From an uncultured Thermoleophilaceae bacterium (lineage in GTDB: Bacteria; Actinomycetota; Thermoleophilia; Solirubrobacterales; Thermoleophilaceae): a stretch of DNA of 64,000 nt. Both the position numbers and the translations under genes were made by a program. The notes under the pieces are model-generated. The model did not search any database and was not told the DNA's origin. It saw nothing but the letters and a program-made list of their open reading frames with translations. The DNA lies in assembly GCA_963808775.1 (NCBI GenBank), contig CAWEGR010000006.1, positions 5,638 through 69,637 of the forward strand, in the 5' to 3' direction. Below are positions 30,123-39,495 of this stretch, in pieces (position 1 is the first letter of the stretch; every line of letters starts with the position of its first letter).

Positions 30123-31605
30123 ATGCCCAAGCCCCTGCGAGTCAGTCTCACCCTCTCCGGCGGCGCCTCGTTGGGGGCGTACCAGGCCGGCGCGACCGCC
30201 GCGCTGCTCGTCGCGCTCGAGCACGTGCGCGATGAACACGGAGTCGACGTGCACGTCGACGCGATCGGCGGCGCCTCGGCCGGCGCGATCGTCGGCATGA
30301 TGGCCGCGTACTCGCTGCTCGAGGGCGTGAGCGGCTGCGACGTCCTGCACGAGGCCTGGGTCGAGCGCGTCTCCATCGACACGCTGCTGCGGCGCAACTC
30401 GCGCGGGCCGCTGTCGCTCGAGGGTGTGCGCGCCGAGCTGCCCGAGATGCTGCGCGAGGGCAGGCGGGCGTCGCGCCAGGAGCATCCGCTGATGCTGCAC
30501 GTGTCGCTGACCGGCCTGCGCGGGCTCACCTACGACCTGCACGGGCTGCGCTCGGACGAGCCCGTGCCGGCGGTGACCTACGCGGACTGGAAGGACTTCG
30601 AGCTCAGGCCCGGCGGGGGGCCGGGGCAGTTCTTCGAGCCGCGGCTCGCGTCGCCGCTCGACGCCGTGCTGGCGTCGGCGTCGCACCCCGGGGCGTTCGC
30701 GCCGCGCGTGCTCGACCGGCGGGAGGACCGCGACGAGTACGAGCGCCAGGGGATCACGAACCTCCCCCGCTCCGGCTGGCTCTGGTATTCGGACGGCGGC
30801 CTCGTGCAGTCCGAGCCGCTCGGCCGAACGGTGGCGGCGGCGCGGCGCGTCGAGGGAACGGAGGACGCGCACAGGCTGACCATGCTGATCGACCCGCGCG
30901 GCGAGGAGCCGACGGACGCCGAGGAGTGGAGCGACCGCGACTACGACGCGACCTGGGCCGGTGGCATGTCGCGCGCGCTCGAGGTGCTGCCCGAGCAGTC
31001 GCTCTACGAGGACCTGCGCAAGCTGCAGCGCGACAACCGGCGCGTGGAGTGGATGGGCGACCTGCTCGACGCGCTCGACGGGCGCGTCGACGAGCAGGCC
31101 GCCGGCGCCCTGCGCGAGGTACTCGGCCGAATCGCGAGCGAGCGCGCCGAGCTGCGCGGCGACGACGAGATCGAGGTCGACCGCGGACGCCTCCGCAAGC
31201 GACCTGTTGCGGCAGGCGATCGGCGAGATCAGCGGGCTCGCGGGCAAGGAGCCGGTGGCGGTCGACCTGATCTCGCCGCTCCTGCTCGCGGAGGAGGCGC
31301 ACGTCGGCGACCTGCTTGCGGGCGACCTGCTCGGAGACTTCGGCGGCTTCCTCGACGCCGACCTGCGCCGCAGCGACTTCGCCCTCGGCTACGCGTGCGG
31401 GCTCGCCTGGGCGCCCGAGGGGCTCGCGGCCTGCGGTCTCGACGACGACGCGGTGAAGGGAGCGTGCGAGGCGGTCGAGAGCTCGATGCCCGAGGACTGG
31501 CACGAGGTGCGCCGCGGCGAGGCGCAGGAGCGCGACCTGCCGTGGCGGGCGCGGCTCCGCCTCGCCCACTTCATGCTCCGGGGCGTGCGGGCGCTGATGC
31601 GCTGA
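30123..31605 (+). CDS. Patatin-like phospholipase with an uncharacterised C-terminal domain, one frame break near 31195
   Basis: LSGGASLGAY (oxyanion hole), GGASAGA (GxSxG nucleophile) and YSDGG (catalytic Asp). The C-terminal about 135 aa, DLLRQAIGEISGLAGKEPV...FLDADLRRSDFALGYACGLAW, lie in another frame. Confidence 0.8.
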
Positions 31606-31624
31606 CGCTAGGGTTCCCGCCCGC

Positions 31625-32698
31625 ATGAGGCTCGCTCGCCCCCTGGTCCTGCTCGTCCTGCTCGGCGCGCTGCTCGCGCCGGCGGCGTCCGCGCAGGACC
31701 AGCAGACGGTCAGGCTCTTCTTCACGGCGGGCGAGCAGTTCGAGACGGTCGAGCGCAAGCTCCCCGCGACGGGCACCACGCTGCTGCCGACCCTGCGCGC
31801 GCTCCTGAAGGGACCGAGCGCGGCGGAGCGCGGGCGCGACATCGACACCCAGATCCCGCGCGGAGTGCGAATCGAACGGATCGTGCTCACCGGGCGCGGA
31901 GCGGCGGTGGTCGAGCTGTCGGCGGCGTTCCTCGGCCAGATCCCGGCCGACCCCGCGCAGCGCAGCGAGGCGCAGACTGCGACGCTGAGCGCGCGGCTCG
32001 CCCAGGTCACCTACACGGTCACCCAGTTCGGCGATATCCGGCGGGCGGAGGTGCGCTCCGGAGGGGTGACGCTCGACGGGGATCTCGAGCGCGGCGACTT
32101 CACGAAGCCGCGCGGCAGGCCACCGGTCGAGAAGCCGCCGCCCGGACCGCCCGTGGCGGGCACGCGCGAGGTGCAGGAGCGGCTCGTTCAGCTCGGCTAC
32201 CTGCCGGCGAGCGCGGTCGACGGGCTGTTCGGCTACCGGACCCAGCAGGCGGTGATGGCCTTCCAGTCGTGGGAGGGCCTCGGGCGTGACGGCATCGTCG
32301 GGCCCGCCACCACCGCGGCGCTGTCGACGGCGCGCCGCCCGCGCCCGCGCCGGGGCGCCGGGCCGCGCAGGCGCATCGAGGTCTACCGGGCGAAGGGCGT
32401 GGCGCTGCTCGTGCGCGGCGGGCGGACGCTTCGCGCCGTCCACGTGTCGACCGGAGCGGGCGTCAACGCGACCCCGACCGGGCGCTACAAGGTGTTCCGC
32501 AAGGAGCTGCGCTCGTGGTCCGTGCCGTTCAGCGTCTGGCTGCCGTACGCGTCCTACTTCAACAACGGGATCGCCTTCCACGAGTACGCGGACGTGCCGC
32601 CGTTCCCGGCGTCGCACGGGTGCGTGCGGGTGCCGGCGCCCGAGGCGCCGTTCGTCTACGAGTTCGCCTCGTTCGGGACCACGGTCGTCGTCTTCTGA
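31625..32698 (+). CDS. Secreted L,D-transpeptidase with GerMN-like and peptidoglycan-binding domains
   Basis: Signal peptide MRLARPLVLLVLLGALLAPAASA. VQERLVQLGYLPASAVDGLFGYRTQQAVMAFQ (PG_binding_1). YkuD active site FHEY...ASHGCVRV. Confidence 0.9.
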   Translation: MRLARPLVLLVLLGALLAPAASAQDQQTVRLFFTAGEQFETVERKLPATGTTLLPTLRALLKGPSAAERGRDIDTQIPRGVRIERIVLTGRGAAVVELSAAFLGQIPADPAQRSEAQTATLSARLAQVTYTVTQFGDIRRAEVRSGGVTLDGDLERGDFTKPRGRPPVEKPPPGPPVAGTREVQERLVQLGYLPASAVDGLFGYRTQQAVMAFQSWEGLGRDGIVGPATTAALSTARRPRPRRGAGPRRRIEVYRAKGVALLVRGGRTLRAVHVSTGAGVNATPTGRYKVFRKELRSWSVPFSVWLPYASYFNNGIAFHEYADVPPFPASHGCVRVPAPEAPFVYEFASFGTTVVVF

Positions 32699-33237
32699 CG
32701 CCTGTCGCGCAAGGCGAAGCCGAGCGCGACGAGCCCGCCGAGGGCGCAGGCGCCGAGCGCCGCGAGCCCCCACGGAAGGAACTCGGTCAGCGCGTCCTCG
32801 CCGAGGGTGACCGAGGCGGGCGCCGCGGGCTCGGCGGCGATCGGGGCGACGACCACGACGTACGAGCCGTCCTCCGGGACCTCCACCTTGGCGAACACCT
32901 TGCGCGAGCCCTCGTCGTCCTCGACGACCGAGCCGAACGAGGTCGGGTCGAGCAGGAGCTCGTCCCGCGTCCCCCGCGGCCTGATCGTGACCTCGAGGTC
33001 GGGCGGGATCTCGAGGAAGTCGGCGTCGTCGATGACAGGCGTGCCGGAGCCCTCCTCGAGGTTGCGGGCCTCCTCGTAGTAGAGGGCGGTCGTGCCCCGC
33101 GTGAGCTCGACGACCGCCTCGCCCGGAATCGGCACGCGCCCCTCCTCGCTGCTCGTGCCGGCGGTGGAGATGCCGTAGGCCACGAGCACCGCCACGGGTG
33201 GGAGCACGAGCAGGAGGACGGTGCGGAGGACGCCCAC
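32656..33237 (-). CDS. Bitopic/two-TM membrane protein, function unknown
   Basis: N-terminal TM segment VLRTVLLLVLPPVAVLVAYG, about 130-aa acidic middle, C-terminal TM segment WGLAALGACALGGLVALGFAL. GTG at 33237 lies 7 nt after the upstream stop. The track start at 33303 is TTG and overlaps the upstream gene. Confidence 0.5.
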   Translation of the reverse strand: MGVLRTVLLLVLPPVAVLVAYGISTAGTSSEEGRVPIPGEAVVELTRGTTALYYEEARNLEEGSGTPVIDDADFLEIPPDLEVTIRPRGTRDELLLDPTSFGSVVEDDEGSRKVFAKVEVPEDGSYVVVVAPIAAEPAAPASVTLGEDALTEFLPWGLAALGACALGGLVALGFALRDRRQKTTTVVPNEANS

Positions 33238-33244
33238 GCGGCGC

Positions 33245-34550
33245 CTACCGGCGCGCCGAGCAGAGCGCGCTGACCTGCAGCTCCACGCGCTCGTCGTCTC
33301 CAACGCCCGGCGGCAGCGCGACGAAGGTGCGCGACGCCAGCTTGCCGCGCCGGTGCCGGTGGCGCAGCGCCCGCACGACCCGCCGCGACGGCGGCCGGTC
33401 GGTGAAGAAGGCGAGCCCCGATCCCGAATGCACGAGGCGCCGGCCGCGCGGGCACTCGAGCCGCAGCCGCACCGGCTCGCCCGGTCGCACGCGCCGCGTG
33501 CGCACGATCCTGCGCGTGCTGACCTGGGACGGTCCCGCGATCACCCTCGCCCCGCCAGGCGAACAGCCGACCACCGGCTGGTAGGTGATGCTGTTCGGCG
33601 TCGGCAGGACGCCGAAGTAGAAGCCGCGGACATCGCCGGGGCGCAGTCCCCCGCCGATCTCGATGCCGACGGGGGCGATCGCGCCGGGGAAGTTGGCGTC
33701 GCTTCCCACCGCGCGCGCCGTGCCGGTGCAGCTGATGAGGTAGGTGTCGTCGCCGTACTTCGGGCTCGTGACCCACGGCCCCGTCACGGTGGTGCAGGGT
33801 GTCCACTGCTCGCAGGCGCCTGTCGTCGCCTGGGCTCCGCCTGCGCCGCGCGAGAGTGCCGGCGCGCAGAAGGCTGTGAGCCGCACCTCGACGCGCTCGT
33901 CGTCGCCGACCGTGGCGCGGCGCGCTGACGACCGTGCGAGCCACCGACCGGGTGCGCAGGTGGCGGTGCCTGAGCGAGCGAACCACCCGCGGCGACGGCG
34001 GCTCGTCCGTGTAGAAGCCCACCGAGGACCCGGAATGCACGAGGCGCTCGCCGCGGGCGCAGCCGAGCCGCAGCCGCACGGTGCCGCCGGGCTCGACGGG
34101 TACCTGGCGGGCGCGCGTCCGGTAGGAGCGCTTCGGCGGCCGCGGCCGCGCGCGGGCATCACGCCGAGCTGCCCACCCGGGGAGGCGCAGCCGGCGGAGG
34201 GCTTGAAGGTGATCGAGACGTTGAACGGGAACACCGAGAACGTGAGCTCGGAGCTTCCCGGCGCGGGCAGCGGCCCGCCGGTCAGGAGCGCGATCGGATA
34301 GATCGCGTTCCGGAAGGTGGCGTCGGCGCCCACGGCGTTCGGGCTCGAGCGCGGGCAGTCGACCTCCCAGATCTCGTCGAGCTCGGGCGGCGCGGTGACC
34401 CAGGGGCCGTCGACCTCCGTGCACTGCGAGAACGGCTCGCACGGGTGCAGCGGTATCTGGGCCTGCGCGGCCGGTGCCGCGAGCAGGAGCCCGGTCGCGA
34501 GGAGGGCGACTGCGAGGACGACTCGCCGGATGGGCGCGATCTTACGGCAC
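33245..34550 (-). CDS. Secreted Cys-containing protein made of two tandem copies of a roughly 170-aa domain of unknown function (frame breaks near 34160 and 33925; start codon unresolved)
   Basis: My translation upstream of 34333 gives KIAPIRRVVLAVALLATGLLLAAPAAQAQ (signal peptide), but there is no ATG/GTG/TTG in that frame. Repeat 1 is CEPFSQCTEVDGPWVT...VRLRLGCARGERLVHSGSSVGFYTDEPPSPRVV...VGDDERVEVRLTAFC. Repeat 2 is CEQWTPCTTVTGPWVT...VRLRLECPRGRRLVHSGSGLAFFTDRPPSRRVV...VGDDERVELQVSALC. Confidence 0.6.
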
Positions 34551-34591
34551 GGAAGCGGCTCGCCCGGCCGAGGCCGGGCGAGCCGCTCCGA

Positions 34592-34877
34592 TCACTGCGG
34601 AAGGCCGCGGGGACCCGTGCTGTCGAACACCGCGACCACCTCGACGACGAGGTTCGCCGGGAAGCCGCCCTTCGAGGAGTGCTCCCGGATCACGGCCTCG
34701 CTCTCGGCCTGGTGGACGCAGTAGATCTTGTCGCCGGCCACGTAGCTGTGTAGCCAGGTGTACGGCTTGTCCAGCGAGTCCACGGCGTCGTTCGACGTCG
34801 CCGGTGATGCCGCGCAGGTCGTCCTCCGACAGGTTGCTCGCACCGGGGATCTCGCGCTCGATGAGGTAGGTCTTCAT
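34592..34877 (-). CDS. DUF4242 family protein, one frame break near 34805
   Basis: AAGGAG RBS, then MKTYLIEREIPGASNLSEDDLRGITG, joined to SNDAVDSLDKPYTWLHSYVAGDKIYCVHQAESEAVIREHSSKGGFPAN. Confidence 0.8.
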
Positions 34878-34999
34878 AAGCCGCTCCTTCGATTGTTGAA
34901 CAAGACAAGGAGCACCGTACGACCGCCCTGCGATCCGCACATCCGCCGTATTGCCGTAGTTTCGACGGCGACATGCCGTACCCGGCGACAGGAGGAACC

Positions 35000-35287
35000 A
35001 TGCCCATCCTGATGATTCATGAGAGCCCAGGCGGGACTCGGGAGCAGTACCAGGAGGTCGGTGCGCGTCTCACCGATGGCGGTGGCCTCAACTCGCTGAG
35101 CGACTGGCCCCGAGAGGGGATCCTGTCGCACGCCGCAGGGCCTACCGAGGACGGCTGGCGCGTGGTCGACGTGTGGGAGTCCGAGGAGGCCTTCCAGCGA
35201 TTCGGTGAGGTGATCGGACCAATCCTTCAGGAGGTGGGGCTTCCGGGTGTGCCCCAGACCTTTCCGCTCGAGAACTTCGTGAAGTAG
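35000..35287 (+). CDS. Small (95 aa) protein, ABM/dimeric alpha-beta-barrel-like
   Basis: GGAGGA RBS, then MPILMIHESPGGTREQYQEV...GWRVVDVWESEEAFQRFGEVIGPIL. The family assignment is from memory only. Confidence 0.65.
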   Translation: MPILMIHESPGGTREQYQEVGARLTDGGGLNSLSDWPREGILSHAAGPTEDGWRVVDVWESEEAFQRFGEVIGPILQEVGLPGVPQTFPLENFVK

Positions 35288-35303
35288 CCGGGGTGCCCTG
35301 AAG

Positions 35304-35648
35304 ATGCCGCTCTATCTGTCGAAGTTCAGCTACACGCCCGAGACCTGGGCGAACCTGATCGCCAACCCGGAGGACCGTCGCGAGGCCGCCCGGGCCTACA
35401 TCGAGTCCGTCGGCGGGAAGCTCCACGGCTTCTGGTACGCCTTCGGCACGCACGACGGCTACAACCTCTGGGAGGCCCCGGACGACGTGTCCATGGCCGC
35501 GGTCGCGCTCGCGATCTGCGGGGGCGGGGCGCTGAGCACGCTCGAGACCACGACCCTCCTGACCGTCGAGGAGACGCTGGAAGCGCTGGGCAAGGCCGGG
35601 CAGGTCGGGTACCGGGCCCCGGGCACCGGTTCGGCCGAAGTGTCCTGA
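35304..35648 (+). CDS. GYD domain protein
   Basis: MPLYLSKFSYTPETWANLIANPEDRREAARAYIESVGGKLHGFWYAFGTHDGYNLWEAPD is the GYD family signature. Confidence 0.85.
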   Translation: MPLYLSKFSYTPETWANLIANPEDRREAARAYIESVGGKLHGFWYAFGTHDGYNLWEAPDDVSMAAVALAICGGGALSTLETTTLLTVEETLEALGKAGQVGYRAPGTGSAEVS

Positions 35649-35826
35649 CTTATGGGTGCAAGGCCCCACAAGTCAGGACGGTTCGCCGCCGCGACGGCCT
35701 GGAGCGGGCTGGCGGCACCCGTGACAGGTCGGCGCTCGGATGTCGCGGCCTCACGCGCGCGTGGACAGTCGGCCTGCCGCGGGATTGAGGCCTGCAGCGC
35801 CGCGCCGAAAGTCATAGCCTGCGGCG

Positions 35827-36849
35827 ATGCCCCTCGACTTCGGCGTCACGGTCCTTCCCGACCCGCCCTACCAGCGCCTCGTCGAGCTGATCGTGAAGGC
35901 GGAGGAGCTCGGCTTCGACTACGGCTGGACCTACGACTCGCACGTGCTCTGGCAGGAGTCGACCCCCACGCTGGCGCTCGCCGCGGAGGCCACCGACCGG
36001 ATCAAGCTCGGTCACATGGTCACGAACCCGGGGACGCGCGAGCCGACCGTGCTGGCGAGCGCCTACGCGACCCTGCAGGACATCTCCGACGGCCGCATGG
36101 TGATGGGCATAGGGCGCGGCGACTCGGCGCGGCGCTACATCGGCCAGAAGCCAGTGCCGATCAAGCGCTTCGAGGAGTGCTGCGCGATGATCAAGCCGTT
36201 CATGAACGGCGAGCGCGTGGTGTGGAACGACACCGAGATCGCGCTCGAGTGGGTGCGGCCCGAGCTGCCCGAGATCCCGATGCACGTGGCGGGCTACGGG
36301 CCGCGGGCGCTGGCCGTCGCGGGCAGGGTCGGCGACGGCGTGATCATCCAGCTCGCCGACCCCGCGATCATCGAGTGGATCATGGGCACGGCGCGCGCGG
36401 CGGCCGAGGAGGCGGGCCGCGACCCCGACGCGCTCCAGTGCATCGTCTGCGCGCCGTCTCACATCACGGACGACATCCAGGACGCGCGCGAGCAGGTGCG
36501 CTGGTTCCCCGCGATGGTGTCGAACCACGTGCGCGACCTGATCGCCCGCTACGGGGCGGATGGGTCGGTGGTGCCGCGCGCGCTCACCGACTACGTGCCG
36601 ACCGAGACGGGCTACGACTACGACGAGCACTCACGCGTGGGCGCCAAGCACGGCGAGTTCGTCAGCGACGAGATCTGCGACCGCTTCTGCGTGCTCGGCA
36701 CCTCTGAGCAGGCGGCCGCGAAGCTGCGCGAGCTCGAGGGGCTCGGGGTCAACCAGTTCAACATCTACCTGATGACCGAGGGCCAGGACGAGATCCTCGA
36801 GACCTACGGGCGCGAGATCATCCCGGCACTCAGAGGAGGTGCGTCATGA
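35827..36849 (+). CDS. LLM-class oxidoreductase (F420- or flavin-dependent)
   Basis: MPLDFGVTVLPDPPYQRLVELIVKAEELGFDYGWTYDSHVLWQE...GRMVMGIGRGDSA. Its stop overlaps the next start as ATGA. Confidence 0.9.
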   Translation: MPLDFGVTVLPDPPYQRLVELIVKAEELGFDYGWTYDSHVLWQESTPTLALAAEATDRIKLGHMVTNPGTREPTVLASAYATLQDISDGRMVMGIGRGDSARRYIGQKPVPIKRFEECCAMIKPFMNGERVVWNDTEIALEWVRPELPEIPMHVAGYGPRALAVAGRVGDGVIIQLADPAIIEWIMGTARAAAEEAGRDPDALQCIVCAPSHITDDIQDAREQVRWFPAMVSNHVRDLIARYGADGSVVPRALTDYVPTETGYDYDEHSRVGAKHGEFVSDEICDRFCVLGTSEQAAAKLRELEGLGVNQFNIYLMTEGQDEILETYGREIIPALRGGAS

Positions 36850-38234
36850 GGAAGCTGATCCGCGGCGGGACCGTGGTGAGCTCCGCCGGCGAGTCGCTCG
36901 CCGACGTCCTGATCGACGGCGAGGAGATCGCGGCCGTCGGCTCGTTCGGAGAGATCGACGCCGAGGTGATCGACGCGAGCGGCTGCTACGTGCTGCCGGG
37001 CCTGATCGACAACCACACGCACATGGCAATGCCGTTCGGCGGCACCCGCTCGATCGACGACTACGACACCGGCACGCGCGCCGCCGCGGCCGGCGGGACC
37101 ACCTGCATCGTCGACTTCGTCATCCAGCAGGAGGGCGGCGGCCTGCGCTCGTCGCTCGAGGAGTGGAAGGAGCGCGCCGAGGGCGCGGCGCACGTGGACT
37201 ACGGCTTCCACATCGCGATCACCCAGGCCGACGAGGGCACCTTCGCCGACATGGCCCCGATGGTCGAGGAGGAGGGAATCGCCTCCTTCAAGGTCTTTCT
37301 CGCCTACAAGGGCGTGCTGATGATCGAGGACGACCTGTTCCTGCGCGTGCTCGAGACGACGCGCGACCTCAACGCGCTGACGATGGTGCACTGCGAGAAC
37401 GGCCACGCGATCGACGTCTACGTCGAGCGCGCGCTCGCCGCCGGCCAGACCGATCCGATCCATCACGCGCACACCAGGCCGGAGGTTCTCGAAGCGGAGG
37501 CCACCCACCGCGCCGTCCGGTTCGCGGAGCTCGCGAACTCGAGCGTCTACATCGTGCACGTCACGTGCGGGCTCGCCGCCGACGAGATCGCCGCCGGCCA
37601 TGCGCGCGGCGTCGACGTGTCGGCCGAGACGTGCCTGCAGTACCTGACGAACACGATCGACGACCTGGAGCGGCCGGACTTCGAGGGGGCGCGCTACGTC
37701 TGCTCGCCGCCGCTGCGCGAGGAGTTCAACCAGGAGCTGCTCTGGACCGCGCTGCGCCGCGGGGTGCTCGAGTCGGTCTCGACAGACCACTGCCCGTTCA
37801 ACTCCGAGCAGAAGGCCCTCGGCCGGGACGACTTCTCGAAGATCCCGAACGGCCTCGCGATGATCCAGCACCGGCTCGTGAAGATGTGGGACCTCGGCGT
37901 CGAGGGCGGCCGGATCAGCCGCAGCCAGCTCGTCGACATGACCTCGACCGCGATCGCCAAGCGCTTCGGGCTCAGCCGCAAGGGCCACATCGCGCCGGGG
38001 ACGGACGCGGACATCGTCGTCTTCGACCCGGCGACGCCGTTCAGGTTCTCCACGGACAGCTCGCACATGAACGTCGACTACGACCTGTTCGAGGGCGAGA
38101 GCTCGACCGGCAGCGTTCGCCACACCCTCTGCCGCGGCGAGCTCGTCTACGACCGCGGCGAGATCCTCACGCAGCCGGGCCACGGCCGTTTCGTGCCGCG
38201 CTCGCTCGGCGCGCGCGCGGCGGTCGCCTCGTGA
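36846..38234 (+). CDS. hydA: Dihydropyrimidinase / D-hydantoinase
   Basis: PGLIDNHTHM (HxH metal site), SFKVFLAYKG (carboxylated Lys context), VHCENG, STDHCPF. Confidence 0.9.
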   Translation: MRKLIRGGTVVSSAGESLADVLIDGEEIAAVGSFGEIDAEVIDASGCYVLPGLIDNHTHMAMPFGGTRSIDDYDTGTRAAAAGGTTCIVDFVIQQEGGGLRSSLEEWKERAEGAAHVDYGFHIAITQADEGTFADMAPMVEEEGIASFKVFLAYKGVLMIEDDLFLRVLETTRDLNALTMVHCENGHAIDVYVERALAAGQTDPIHHAHTRPEVLEAEATHRAVRFAELANSSVYIVHVTCGLAADEIAAGHARGVDVSAETCLQYLTNTIDDLERPDFEGARYVCSPPLREEFNQELLWTALRRGVLESVSTDHCPFNSEQKALGRDDFSKIPNGLAMIQHRLVKMWDLGVEGGRISRSQLVDMTSTAIAKRFGLSRKGHIAPGTDADIVVFDPATPFRFSTDSSHMNVDYDLFEGESSTGSVRHTLCRGELVYDRGEILTQPGHGRFVPRSLGARAAVAS

Positions 38235-39493
38235 GCGTGGCGGTCGACGCGGACCGCGTGCTCGCGGACCTGCGCGGGCTCGCGGAGCTCACCGGCGGAC
38301 CCGACGGCGCGCGGCGCGTCTGCTGGACCGACGAGTGGGTGCGCGCCCGCGAGTTCCTGCGCTCGCGGCTCGCCGAGCTGCCGGTCGAGGTCTCGGTGGA
38401 CGAGGCGGGCAACCTCTGGGCGGAGCTCGAGGGTGAGTCGAGCGACGGGTTCGTGATCGTCGGCTCGCACACGGACTCGGTGCCGGCCGGCGGCTGGCTC
38501 GACGGCGCGCTCGGGGTCTTCAGCGCCGTGGAGGCGCTGCGCGCGCAGGCCGAGGCCGGGCCTCCGGCGGTCGGACTGCGGCTCGTCGACTGGGCGGACG
38601 AGGAGGGCGCGCGCTTCGGCCGCAGCCTGTTCGGCTCGTCCGCCTGCGCGGGCACCCTCGAGGTCGACGCCGTCCGCGACCTGCGCGACCGCGACGGCGA
38701 GCGCCTCGAGGACGTGGTCGCCGCCCATGGCGTGGAGCTCGAGCGGGCGCACGAGTCGCACGCGCGGCTGCGCGGCGCCTGCGCGTACCTCGAGCTGCAC
38801 GTCGAGCAGGGGCCGGTGCTCGAGAGCCGCGGCGAGCCCGCCGCCACGGTGCTCGGCACGTTCGGCGTGCAGCGCCACGTCGCGGTCTTCAGCGGCCGCG
38901 CCGCGCACGCCGGCGCGACTCCCATGCACCTGCGCCAGGACTCGTTCGCCGCCGCGGCCCGCGCGGCGCTCGAGATCCGCGACATCGGCCTGCGCTCGGA
39001 CGGCGGCGTCTGCACCGTCGGCGGCGCCACGAGCGAGCCCGGCGTGATCACCGCGATCGCGGGCCGCACCGAGATGCTGCTCGACCAGCGCGCGCTCGAT
39101 GCCGACGTGCTCGCCCGCATGCTCGCGCGGGCGCACAACGCCTGCACCGACGCCGCCGCGGAGGAGGGCTGCAGCGTCGAGCTGAAGCACATCTGGGACA
39201 TTCCGCCGATCCCGTTCGACGAGCGGCTGATCGGGCTGGCGCGGGAGTCCGTCAAGGCGGCGGGCGGCCAGGACACGGCGATCCCGAGCGGCCCGCTGCA
39301 TGACGCCGCCGAGATGGCGCGCCTGATCCCGACCGTGATGATCTTCTCCTCCTCGTCGCCGCCCGTGTCGCACACGCCGGAGGAGGACACCCCCGAGGCG
39401 GACCTGCGCGTGGCGATCGAGGCCTACGGGCGCACGGTGCAGGGAGCGATCGCGCTGGCCGCGGCGGGCGAGCTGCCGCCCCACGCCGGCTGA
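38231..39493 (+). CDS. M20-family Zn amidohydrolase (N-carbamoyl-amino-acid / beta-ureidopropionase / allantoate amidohydrolase type)
   Basis: The GTG at 38231 overlaps the hydA stop as GTGA. VIVGSHTDSVPAGGWLDGALGV, DWADEEGARFG, ELHVEQGPVLE. Confidence 0.85.
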   Translation: MSVAVDADRVLADLRGLAELTGGPDGARRVCWTDEWVRAREFLRSRLAELPVEVSVDEAGNLWAELEGESSDGFVIVGSHTDSVPAGGWLDGALGVFSAVEALRAQAEAGPPAVGLRLVDWADEEGARFGRSLFGSSACAGTLEVDAVRDLRDRDGERLEDVVAAHGVELERAHESHARLRGACAYLELHVEQGPVLESRGEPAATVLGTFGVQRHVAVFSGRAAHAGATPMHLRQDSFAAAARAALEIRDIGLRSDGGVCTVGGATSEPGVITAIAGRTEMLLDQRALDADVLARMLARAHNACTDAAAEEGCSVELKHIWDIPPIPFDERLIGLARESVKAAGGQDTAIPSGPLHDAAEMARLIPTVMIFSSSSPPVSHTPEEDTPEADLRVAIEAYGRTVQGAIALAAAGELPPHAG

Positions 39494-39495
39494 CG

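Noticed and set aside
30123-31605. The patatin-like phospholipase as a CBASS-type or other anti-phage effector.
   Set aside because: No CD-NTase-like nucleotidyltransferase, E1/E2/JAB, SMODS or other defence partner is adjacent. Its neighbours are an ICL/PEP-mutase-family enzyme and a cell-wall transpeptidase.
35642-35679. A 10-bp-stem hairpin (gtcctgactt ... aagtcaggac, 18-nt loop) at the end of the GYD gene, as a terminator.
   Set aside because: The stem includes the stop codon, the loop is long, and no U-tract follows. It may still attenuate read-through into the LLM operon leader, but I cannot support a terminator call.
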